Source of the DNA: Ignicoccus pacificus DSM 13166
Lineage (GTDB): Archaea; Thermoproteota; Thermoprotei_A; Sulfolobales; Ignicoccaceae
DNA length: 32,000 nt
NCBI GenBank assembly: GCA_025340205.1
Contig: CP006868.1
Coordinates: 690,001 to 722,000 of the forward strand
Direction of reading: 5' to 3'
The translations under genes and the position numbers were made by a program. Positions within the stretch are counted from its first letter, which is position 1; each line of letters opens with the position of its first letter. Shown here piece after piece: positions 17,332 through 25,090 of the stretch. The notes beneath the pieces were generated by a model that worked only from the letters and a program-made list of their open reading frames with translations, had not been told where the DNA came from and did not search any database.

Positions 17332-18183
17332 TCAACTTACCTCTAATTTCCATTCCCTAGAACCACTGTCGAATATTATCGCTCCCTCACTCCTTAACGC
17401 CATGAACAACTTCTTCAACGCCTCTTTATCCAACCTCTCCAATACTTCCTCCTCATCACCACTCTTGCTCTCCCTCAACGCTTGGAGGAATTCCTCCCAC
17501 GCTTCTGGGTGCACTGCCACCCTTCCATGTCTCTGCGTGGGAACTATTATGGCTCCGCTTCGCTCCAACTTCTTGAAGAAATAGTCCTTGGATCTTATGG
17601 TCCTAAGCTCATCCTCAAAGACGGCTCCTTGCTGTCTAAGCCTATCCATGGCTGTAAACCTTCTTTGGACGTGTTCAGTCCTTTCTTCCTGAACCTCTCT
17701 GTGCTCTCTTCTGAATTCCCTTCGCTCTACCGCTTCGCTTCTCTCCTTCCTAGCCTCCTTCAGCTCATCTAGTTCTTCTTTAACCTTCTCCAGTTCTTCC
17801 GTGAGGTCGGCTATCTTCTTTGCTAGCTCATCTATCTTCTGCGTCCACGGTATTATCATATCTTGCATCTTCCTTTCCATTTTCCTTTCAATCTTACTCA
17901 AACTCTCGGCGTCTACCGCTCCCTCCTCTAAGTTACCTACAAGCTCGGGCAGCTTGGAACTTAGCACCTCTTCGACGATGTTCCATAGAGCATCGTAAAG
18001 CCTTGGAGGAAGAGAGCCGCTTTCCAGCTTATCCAATCTCTCTTGAATGGCCCTTAAGTCGACTGGAGCCCTTCCCAGCTCTCTCGAGATCAGTTCCTTC
18101 ACGTAGTCGCTAACTAAAGCATAGCCCTCCGCCTTCGCTCTCCTCTCAAGTTCTTCGTAGACGTCATCTGGCAACTTCAACAT
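17332..18183 (-). CDS. Ribbon-helix-helix (CopG-like) N-terminal domain, long coiled coil, and a duplicated C-terminal module; putative DNA-binding regulator
   Basis: I place the start at Met37 of the listed ORF (MLKLPDDVYEELERRAKAEGYALVSDYVKELI, an RHH pattern), with AGGTGA upstream. The centre is E/K/R-rich heptad-like. The C-terminus has two similar GAII(V/F) segments. Confidence 0.6.
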   Translation of the reverse strand: MLKLPDDVYEELERRAKAEGYALVSDYVKELISRELGRAPVDLRAIQERLDKLESGSLPPRLYDALWNIVEEVLSSKLPELVGNLEEGAVDAESLSKIERKMERKMQDMIIPWTQKIDELAKKIADLTEELEKVKEELDELKEARKERSEAVERREFRREHREVQEERTEHVQRRFTAMDRLRQQGAVFEDELRTIRSKDYFFKKLERSGAIIVPTQRHGRVAVHPEAWEEFLQALRESKSGDEEEVLERLDKEALKKLFMALRSEGAIIFDSGSREWKLEVS

Positions 18184-18258
18184 GATTACTTTGGTCACCT
18201 TACAATCCCTATAGTGCTCAAAACTTTCTGGACTAAATAGTGAGGTGGGATAGAGGAG

Positions 18259-18750
18259 TTGAGCAAGGTCATCGCACCCATACCGACACACTTCAAGGTC
18301 GGAGAGAGGTTCGTCGCCACGGGTCTCTTACCTACTTGTGAGACATGTTGGCTGAAGGAGAAGTGCGGTCAACTGAAGAAGGGGTGGATTTACGAGGTTA
18401 AGGCAATCATAGGGAGGATTGAACATCCTTGCAAGCTTCACGGAAAGGTAGTGGTAGCGGAGCTCGAGGAACTGGGCGTCTCCTTGGTAGTACCCTCGAA
18501 ACTCGCCATAGAGGGGGCGACCGTCGAGTATACTCCAATAGCCTGTGACAACAAGAATTGTCCTCTCTGGGGAGATTGTACCGGCAGAAAGCACAGACTC
18601 GGAAGGAGGGTGAGGGTCAAGATAGTGAGCGTTATAGAGAAAGTTGATTGCCCCAAGGGAGAGTCTTTATACAAGGTGATAGGCATTCCGGAGAGGGTCG
18701 AGAGAAGACCGAGGAAGGGCCATAGAAGAAACAAGAGGAAGAATTTATAA
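18259..18750 (+). CDS. UPF0179-family Cys-rich archaeal protein
   Basis: The pattern CxxC...C...G.Y.V....EHPCKLHGKV.V.E...EG.TV.Y.P..C.N..CP....C matches my recollection of UPF0179. TTG is the only in-frame start and GAGGAG lies upstream. Confidence 0.6.
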   Translation: MSKVIAPIPTHFKVGERFVATGLLPTCETCWLKEKCGQLKKGWIYEVKAIIGRIEHPCKLHGKVVVAELEELGVSLVVPSKLAIEGATVEYTPIACDNKNCPLWGDCTGRKHRLGRRVRVKIVSVIEKVDCPKGESLYKVIGIPERVERRPRKGHRRNKRKNL

Positions 18751-18751
18751 A
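18744..18751 (+). promoter_or_regulatory. TATA box (TTTATAAA) for the tRNA-Arg transcription unit
   Basis: It lies 31-38 nt upstream of the mature tRNA 5' end and overlaps the UPF0179 stop codon. Confidence 0.4.
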
Positions 18752-18781
18752 CGAGCCTAACCTCTCCCCTCACGGCGGAAT

Positions 18782-18888
18782 GGGCCCGTAGCTCAGCTAG
18801 GACAGAGCGCCGGCCTCCTAACCACATGCGGGGTTCCGTAAGGGAAGAAAGCCGGTGGTCCGGGGTTCAAATCCCCGCGGGCCCGCCA
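18782..18888 (+). tRNA. tRNA-Arg(CCU) with a canonical roughly 29-nt intron after position 37; CCA encoded
   Basis: Acceptor GGGCCCG/CGGGCCC. D arm GCUC..GAGC. Anticodon stem CCGGC/GCCGG with loop CU-CCU-A, interrupted at about 18821-18849. T arm CGGGG-UUCAAAU-CCCCG. Discriminator G plus CCA. Confidence 0.9.
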
Positions 18889-18921
18889 CAGCAGGGCTTC
18901 GGGCTCCAGACGGGGAGGGCG

Positions 18922-18979
18922 AGCCGGGCAGGCGGGGAGAACCCCCGTGACCGGGGTTCGAATCCCCGCCCGGCTACCA
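18922..18979 (+). other. tRNA-like element: 7-bp acceptor stem (A1:U72), T-arm, discriminator A and CCA, but no D arm or anticodon loop
   Basis: AGCCGGG (18922-28) is the exact complement of CCCGGCU (18969-75). T arm CGGGG-UUCGAAU-CCCCG (18952-68). ACCA at 18976-79. Only 23 nt (18929-51) lie between the acceptor 5' strand and the T arm. Part of that folds as CGGGG-AGAAC-CCCCG. Confidence 0.4.
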
Positions 18980-19019
18980 CTTACCTAAAACCTCTCACAC
19001 CTCGTACCTCCCGGTAGCC

Positions 19020-20204
19020 ATGAACCTCAAAGAAATCGAGAAAGAGCTAGGATTTCCCATCGAGATCGTGGAAGAAGGAAGGACTAAGGTAATCGTCCCG
19101 AGAATGAGCGAATACCTCAGACCCGATGGAGTGTATGAGCCCAGCCACGCTCCAGTCTTCTACAATCCCAGAGCCAAGTTCAACAGGGACGTGGCTGTAG
19201 TCATAGGGAAAGCGCTCAGAGAGGAGCTCGGGAGGCTAGACGTCCTCGAACCCCTAGCGGGGAGCGGAGTGAGAAGCGTAAGGTATGCTAGGGAGTGCGA
19301 TGCGACGAAGGTATTAGCAGTTGACGTAGATCCCTTAGCAGTAAAACTGATAGAGTTTAATGCATTGATAAATAATGTTTATGATAAGATTAAGGTTTTA
19401 AACAACGACGCCAACGCTGTCTTGCATTCAAGAGAGCTTAGAGGAGGCTATTTCGATCTAGTTGATGTTGACCCCTTCGGGTCACCCATGCCCTTTGCGG
19501 ATGGAGCGATAAGAGCGACTAGGAGAAGGGGGATCGTGGCATTTACCGCCACTGACACCGCTCCTTTAACGGGAGCGAAACCTCAATCGGCCCTACGAAA
19601 GTATTGGAGTGCTGTAAAGAGGACTCCTTTCTCCAAGGAGCTCGCGATAAGGGTACTAATAGGAGCTGTAGTAAGGGTCGCTTCAGTAAGGGAAGTGAGC
19701 TTGAGGCCAGAAATAGCTTTCTTCAAGGACTATTATGTTAGAGTCGAGTTGAGGCTGGACAGAGGGGCGGGGAGAACTGATCAAACTTTGGCTCAATTGG
19801 GTTACCTTGCATATGACGAGAGAAATTACGACGTTAGGGTCCTAGAAGGTTTTCCTCTACCAAAAGAGGTTCCCAAAGGCTACACCGTATTAGGCCCCCT
19901 GTGGCTCGGAAACCTCACTGGACCCCTAAGCGAGAGGGCATTGAAGTATGAGGAGTTCCCGAAGGTCGTTGAATTCATAAAGAGGATTAGGATGGAGGAC
20001 GAAATTGGAGTTCCTTACTCCTACAAGATAGAGAAGGTGGCTAGCCTATTACACACTCACATGCCCAGCCCCAGACTCGTAGTGGAGAAGCTCAGAGAGA
20101 TAGGGTATAAAGCAGTACTAGCCCACTACGATCACACCGCCGTAAAGACCAACGCTCCTAGAGAAGATGTGTTTAAGGTCGTGAAGGAGCTCTCTCCACT
20201 TTGA
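19020..20204 (+). CDS. trm1: tRNA (guanine26-N2)-dimethyltransferase
   Basis: FYNPRAKFNRD, LEPLAGSGVRSVRYA and DVDPFGSP motifs. Size is 394 aa. Confidence 0.9.
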   Translation: MNLKEIEKELGFPIEIVEEGRTKVIVPRMSEYLRPDGVYEPSHAPVFYNPRAKFNRDVAVVIGKALREELGRLDVLEPLAGSGVRSVRYARECDATKVLAVDVDPLAVKLIEFNALINNVYDKIKVLNNDANAVLHSRELRGGYFDLVDVDPFGSPMPFADGAIRATRRRGIVAFTATDTAPLTGAKPQSALRKYWSAVKRTPFSKELAIRVLIGAVVRVASVREVSLRPEIAFFKDYYVRVELRLDRGAGRTDQTLAQLGYLAYDERNYDVRVLEGFPLPKEVPKGYTVLGPLWLGNLTGPLSERALKYEEFPKVVEFIKRIRMEDEIGVPYSYKIEKVASLLHTHMPSPRLVVEKLREIGYKAVLAHYDHTAVKTNAPREDVFKVVKELSPL

Positions 20205-20409
20205 TTCCCATCCATTCGGCTACTTCCAACAACGCCTTCAGTAATCTTCCTCGGGGCTCGTTGAGTACCCTTATCTCCTCTGAGCTCAACATCTCAATAA
20301 TGAGAGAGGCCATAGTCCTCATGCTTACTTCTTCGTTCAGCTTAACCGTTATCTCACATTCTCCCTTTTCACATATATCCTTACAACCCTCATGACAAAC
20401 TTCTACCAT
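20173..20409 (-). CDS. Small Cys-rich hypothetical protein (78 aa)
   Basis: CHEGCKDICEKGEC at the N-terminus. The ATG overlaps the stop of the upstream phosphoesterase gene by 7 nt (operon-like). The 3' end overlaps convergent trm1 by 32 nt. Confidence 0.35.
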   Translation of the reverse strand: MVEVCHEGCKDICEKGECEITVKLNEEVSMRTMASLIIEMLSSEEIRVLNEPRGRLLKALLEVAEWMGIKVERAPSRP

Positions 20410-20981
20410 GCTCTCAACCTCTTCAGGACAACACGTCCTTGATCAGCAATAACGATGGCGTAATAACCGTCCCTTAGAGGCCCTGGGTTTACGACTAGCG
20501 TTTCACTGAAGAACTGGTACCCCCTTGACTCGTGCACGTGACCTACAAGGGCCAGCTTTGGTCTTTTCTCCTCGAGGAGCTCCCTTATCTCATACAAGCC
20601 GATGTGAGCACCGCTCCAAGCTCTGTCAAGAATTCCCTTTGGGGGGTAATGGGAAACGAGGACGTCGAAGTTCTTCTTTCTTATAATATTTACTGAGGTT
20701 TCTATGGATTGTGCCGACACTCCAGCGAACCTTAGATCTCCTACTTCCACCACCTTGTTCTCAATGCTGTACCCCAAGCGCTCCAACTCGTCGGCGATCT
20801 GAGGGTCGTCCAAGTTCCCCGTGACCGCTAGTGTCTCGCTCCTCGCCTCTTCCAATGCCCTCACAGTGCTCAAGCACTCGAGATCTCCGCTAACTACTAC
20901 TAAATCATATTCCTCCTCGTTAAGGACCTTCCTCAAAGCATCATCATTACAATGAACGTCACTTATATGAAGGATCTTCAT
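20403..20981 (-). CDS. Metallophosphoesterase (calcineurin-like, YfcE/MJ0936-type)
   Basis: ISDVH, VVSGDL, GNLD and GHVHE motifs in the canonical order. Confidence 0.8.
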   Translation of the reverse strand: MKILHISDVHCNDDALRKVLNEEEYDLVVVSGDLECLSTVRALEEARSETLAVTGNLDDPQIADELERLGYSIENKVVEVGDLRFAGVSAQSIETSVNIIRKKNFDVLVSHYPPKGILDRAWSGAHIGLYEIRELLEEKRPKLALVGHVHESRGYQFFSETLVVNPGPLRDGYYAIVIADQGRVVLKRLRAW

Positions 20982-21283
20982 CTTCTCTTCCTCTTCTTCG
21001 GGACTAGTGCGTCTAGTGATATCCCTTTCTTATTGTCGACTAACACGAAGGTTCTTCCCCTGACGTCGAGGAGCTCGGCTCCGAGTCTCTCCGCTACCTC
21101 CCTCGCCACGTCCTTCCTATCATATTCCAGAATTCTAATTACGCTCTTCTCTATCTTCACCTTAACATAGCCCTTGTCCCTAAGTTGCCTCTTTATCTCG
21201 TTGAGCACCGCTTCGCTCAAGCCGTTCTTCCCTATGTGGACCGTGGGCTTCATCTGAGATAGTCTTCCCCTCAGTTCCTTCAA
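20978..21283 (-). CDS. YhbY-like CRM-domain RNA-binding protein
   Basis: LRGRLSQMKPTVHIGKNGLSEAVLNEI matches the YhbY N-terminal signature (KP.v.IGKnGlt..v..ei). Size is about 100 aa. Confidence 0.8.
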   Translation of the reverse strand: MKELRGRLSQMKPTVHIGKNGLSEAVLNEIKRQLRDKGYVKVKIEKSVIRILEYDRKDVAREVAERLGAELLDVRGRTFVLVDNKKGISLDALVPKKRKRR

Positions 21284-21593
21284 CGCTAGCTACCGGGTAC
21301 CTCCTCACGTATCCGCAGTTTAAGCACGCGCGTACGACGGTAGGAATCCCTTTGTTTCTTATACGTACCCTTAAGGTCCTTCCGGGAATTAAGGGTACGA
21401 AGCACCTTCTACACACGCTTCTCTTTGCATATCTAGGAACCTTGTAGCCTCCCTTCTTAGCGATCTTAAAAGCTGATCTCATTATCTCTGAAGCCCTTTG
21501 GAAGTTTCCTTTTTCCGCTTCCTCGAAGGCTATATGATAAAGGTTCCAAAACCTTTGCTTGGCTAGGTCCCTTAGCAACTTCCTCGACTTCAT
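21180..21593 (-). CDS. rnp4: Ribonuclease P protein component 4 (Rpp21/Rpr2 family)
   Basis: The N-terminal helical part plus the zinc ribbon CRRCFVPLIPGRTLRVRIRN...VVRACLNCGYVRRYP is typical of Rpp21. A 37-aa tail overlaps the yhbY-like gene. Confidence 0.8.
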   Translation of the reverse strand: MKSRKLLRDLAKQRFWNLYHIAFEEAEKGNFQRASEIMRSAFKIAKKGGYKVPRYAKRSVCRRCFVPLIPGRTLRVRIRNKGIPTVVRACLNCGYVRRYPVASVEGTEGKTISDEAHGPHREERLERSGAQRDKEAT

Positions 21594-21641
21594 GTAGGGC
21601 TGAACACCAAGGAGAGAAACTGAGGGTTGAGCTAAGAAAGC

Positions 21642-21833
21642 TTAGAAGAATAACGAGAGTCTGAGCACTTCCTCTTCCAAGCTCTCGATATAGTCGATTG
21701 CCTCCTGAAGCTTAGCCTCATCCACGCCAAACACCCTAGCAGCCGCAAGGGTGGTTTCCTTCCATTCCTCAAGAGTGTTCAGGACCATGTTAAAGAACAT
21801 CTCATCAGACTGAGCCTTGACTTGTACCTCCAT
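21642..21833 (-). CDS. Small acidic hypothetical protein (63 aa)
   Basis: ATG preceded by GGGGAGAT. No recognised motifs. It sits between feoB and rnp4 on the same strand. Confidence 0.35.
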   Translation of the reverse strand: MEVQVKAQSDEMFFNMVLNTLEEWKETTLAAARVFGVDEAKLQEAIDYIESLEEEVLRLSLFF

Positions 21834-21913
21834 CTGATCTCCCCGCCCATACTATAGTGCTTTGGAGAACTAAGGAGAGAGTCGGGTAGTAGCATTTTGG
21901 AATTATCTGGCTA

Positions 21914-23968
21914 TTACCAAAGTCTCAAAATAGAGACAGTTATGTAAGAAACCACCATTGAGAGGGTTATGGATATCACTATCGAGAGGAGCGTCCACTT
22001 CCAACTCCCCGTTTCGCTTCTTATTACAGCTATGGTAGCAACACACGGTATGTAAAGGGTTATCGCTACCATCAAGCCTAACACTTGCGGGACGCTCAAC
22101 CCTAGTTTGGTAACCATTTGATAGACGTTAGAAGTACCGGTAAGTATCGCTAGGGTCTCTAGGACCACTTCTTTAGCAACGGTGCCTACGAGCATGGATA
22201 AGGACACTATCCAAGAGGCTTCCTTCCCAAGACCCAAGACTGCCATGGGAATATATTCCAACGCTTTACCGATTATTGCTCCCCAGCTCTGATCAATGCT
22301 ATTCACGAAGCCTTGAGGACCCGTATTGACCAAGAACCATAGTATTACAGAGAAGATCAAGATCACAGTGCCCGCCTTCTCTAAGAAATGCTTAGCGTTA
22401 TCCCACGCGATCCAAGAGATCACTCGCAGCTTAGGTACGTGATAAGGAGGGATTTCCATTATTAATTCCTCTACCTCGTCGGATCCTATAATTTTCTTTA
22501 TTATTGCAGCTATTATTAGAAATAGACCTAGAGCTAGGGTGTAAACGTAAAGTATTGAGAGGGCCTTGAGCATTCCTGGTAAGACGCTAGCTAATGCTAA
22601 CAGTACCACCAGCCTTGCTTGACAAGGTACTAGCGGGAGTGGAATTATAGTCGCTATCTTAGCACTCTTGGTTCTCATAACTCTGGCTGTAGGTACTCCA
22701 GCTACATTACAACCCATGCTAATTACTATTGGAAAGACGGCCTTCCCGCTAAGTCCCGCTGGACGGAAGAGCGGATCCATAGCCACTGCTATTCTGGAAG
22801 CTAGCCCAGAGTCCTCTAATAGAGCTAGAAGTAAGTAGACAGTAAAGACCAGCGGGAAGAAGGACAACACCGTACCAACTCCTAGTATAATTCCGTCGCC
22901 TATGAGAGAACCTACAGGCGGAGGCAAGGCGTTCTTCACCACTACTGAGATGGCGTTAAACACTTCCCCGAGAATACCGGAAATGCTGTAATGCTCTAGA
23001 AGAGTTGCTATGTCTTTTCTCCCTACCGCTTCCATTATTATGTTTAAAGGAAAACCTGTGTTTACAGTGAACGCAATACTCATTATAGTAAATAGAATGA
23101 GAAACGACGCTATTATACCTAGGATCGGATGCAACATTATCTTATCCATCCATTCCAATATCTTACTCTCCTTCGTCGTGACCACGCGCTCTTTCTCGAT
23201 AACTCCAGAGAGAAGCTCCTCTATCTTCTTCCACCGACTTTCAATAACTATCTTGCCTAGGTCGCCTAGCTCCTTCTTTGCTTCCTCCCTTAGGGAGACT
23301 AACTTCTCATAGACTTCCAGTGCCTTAAGTTTCTCTTCTACGACCTTATTCCCTAACATGAACTCTGCGGCATACCACCTAGGATTACCCTTAACCTTTC
23401 CGTAGAGCTCCTTCTCAATCATGGTTATGTAGTACTCTAGATCGCCGTAGTTTACGTCAAGGTATCTGACGTGTTGTCTTTCCATGGCCTTTCTTATTAC
23501 TTCGTCGACACCCTCTCCGTCAGCTGCACTCATTAACACGACGGGCTTCTGCAGCCTCTTCTCTAGGAGACTTTTGTTAATGTGAATACCGGCTTTAAGG
23601 GCCATGTCTATCTTGTTTATCGCGATTACCCCTATTCCACGAAGTTCGAGGATTTGAAGGGCCAAGTACATGGATCTTTTTAAAACGACTGCGTCCACCA
23701 CTATGACTACGTTGTCATAATCCTCCTCTATAAGGAATCTGGCGGCTATTCTCTCCTCCTCACTCCCTCCTGAGAGCGAGTTCGTACCAGGCAGATCTAT
23801 CAAGCAGACCTTTTCGTTATCGATTAAGGCTTCGATTACGTTTATACTAACCGTGACTCCGGGCCAATTAGCTACATGAGAAACATAAGAGCCTAACACT
23901 GAATTTATGAAAGTAGACTTGCCTACGTTAGGCTGTCCGGCCACGACTATCCTGTGACGACATTCCAA
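21914..23968 (-). CDS. feoB: Ferrous iron transporter FeoB (G-domain plus polytopic membrane domain)
   Basis: GQPNVGKST (G1), DLPGT (G3), NKID (G4), then about 10 TM segments. Size is 684 aa. Confidence 0.9.
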   Translation of the reverse strand: MECRHRIVVAGQPNVGKSTFINSVLGSYVSHVANWPGVTVSINVIEALIDNEKVCLIDLPGTNSLSGGSEEERIAARFLIEEDYDNVVIVVDAVVLKRSMYLALQILELRGIGVIAINKIDMALKAGIHINKSLLEKRLQKPVVLMSAADGEGVDEVIRKAMERQHVRYLDVNYGDLEYYITMIEKELYGKVKGNPRWYAAEFMLGNKVVEEKLKALEVYEKLVSLREEAKKELGDLGKIVIESRWKKIEELLSGVIEKERVVTTKESKILEWMDKIMLHPILGIIASFLILFTIMSIAFTVNTGFPLNIIMEAVGRKDIATLLEHYSISGILGEVFNAISVVVKNALPPPVGSLIGDGIILGVGTVLSFFPLVFTVYLLLALLEDSGLASRIAVAMDPLFRPAGLSGKAVFPIVISMGCNVAGVPTARVMRTKSAKIATIIPLPLVPCQARLVVLLALASVLPGMLKALSILYVYTLALGLFLIIAAIIKKIIGSDEVEELIMEIPPYHVPKLRVISWIAWDNAKHFLEKAGTVILIFSVILWFLVNTGPQGFVNSIDQSWGAIIGKALEYIPMAVLGLGKEASWIVSLSMLVGTVAKEVVLETLAILTGTSNVYQMVTKLGLSVPQVLGLMVAITLYIPCVATIAVIRSETGSWKWTLLSIVISITLSMVVSYITVSILRLW

Positions 23969-24009
23969 GCTCGACCCCAGTTAGGTAAGCCTAACTGAAT
24001 AAAATAGTT

Positions 24010-25056
24010 TTAGAAGGAGGCGATTTTACTGATCACTTCATCAAAGGTCCTTACTAAACCTAAGCTCTCATCTGTCTTTCTGATACTCTCCTCCTTCGTA
24101 GCTAGGCCGAACATAGCTCTTATCGCATCTACGTTTTCTGGCGTAACTATGCTCTCTTGGTGAACTGCTTGCATCAAGAATAGTTCCTTTCCATTAACGC
24201 TTATGCTCTCTTCAAACACCGCTAGCTCATACAAGTCATGCCTTTTTCTTCCCATGTCCCTAGCCATCTCAATTAACTTAGCCGTATCCTTTATTCCACT
24301 GATCTTGGTTGGAACGAGGAGTATCCTAGGAGCCTTGTTAAGTGCTTCAATGACTTGATCTCTGCTCACCTCTTCCTTTAGTATCACGTTAACTACGTGA
24401 ACATGCATCAAGGTAGTAGGTACTACTACGGCGGTAGTGGCGATGTCTACCGGTAGCACCGTCCTCACGTCTATTCCATGATGACTTGGCAAGGTGACGG
24501 GGTTGGGGACTATAGCATCTATGGGTCCCTTCTTGGTCTCATGAGGATCCGCTCCTCTCCTCACTATGGTGGCCCTGACCCTTTCTACACCGAACTCCTT
24601 GTTTAAGGTACATAGAAGCCTGAGGAGGCCGGTGGTATTACACGAAACTACTCTTACGAACTGCTTATCCTTAGCGTCATCGTAATTACATAAAGTTGAG
24701 AAGCTGAAGCCTGCCACCTCATGCTTTTCACCACCTTGAAAGATCGCTCTAACACCATACTTCTCGTATAATGGTTTGTACTCCTTTCCTACTCCTCCAG
24801 GAGTGGCGTCAACCACTACGTCGACCTTTTGGAAGAGTTCGTCTATCGTACCAGCGACCTCCAAGTCCGCCTTCTTGAAGTCCTCAAGCTTGTTCTCAGG
24901 AACGTAAAGCAACCCTCTCTTACTTGCTGCCATAGCCAAGTAATCGGGCCTGGTCTTAGTTACTCCTATTAGTTCCATATCATCTTGTTTTACGATGGCT
25001 TCAGCCACTCTCTTTCCTATAGTACCGAATCCGTTTATTGCTACCTTCACCGCCAA
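24010..25056 (-). CDS. gap: Glyceraldehyde-3-phosphate dehydrogenase, archaeal type
   Basis: VAINGFGTIGKRVA Rossmann motif and the catalytic SCNTTGL. The roughly 348-aa size is typical of archaeal GAPDH. Confidence 0.9.
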   Translation of the reverse strand: MAVKVAINGFGTIGKRVAEAIVKQDDMELIGVTKTRPDYLAMAASKRGLLYVPENKLEDFKKADLEVAGTIDELFQKVDVVVDATPGGVGKEYKPLYEKYGVRAIFQGGEKHEVAGFSFSTLCNYDDAKDKQFVRVVSCNTTGLLRLLCTLNKEFGVERVRATIVRRGADPHETKKGPIDAIVPNPVTLPSHHGIDVRTVLPVDIATTAVVVPTTLMHVHVVNVILKEEVSRDQVIEALNKAPRILLVPTKISGIKDTAKLIEMARDMGRKRHDLYELAVFEESISVNGKELFLMQAVHQESIVTPENVDAIRAMFGLATKEESIRKTDESLGLVRTFDEVISKIASF

Positions 25057-25090
25057 AGGATTCTCCCATGGTATTGAGGAGGCAAGCGTG

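Noticed and set aside
18922-18979. Reading the tRNA-like element as an integrase att-site remnant
   Set aside because: No integrase or other mobile-element gene is in the window and no flanking direct repeat is visible. A simple 3'-half duplication would not explain the exact 7-nt complementary 5' acceptor strand. It is kept as one alternative in the finding.
18438-19017. ORFs 18438-18827 (-) and 18826-19017 (+) spanning the tRNA-Arg region
   Set aside because: They run through a canonical tRNA and the GC-rich tRNA-like element. The open frames result from GC-rich RNA-gene sequence, not coding.
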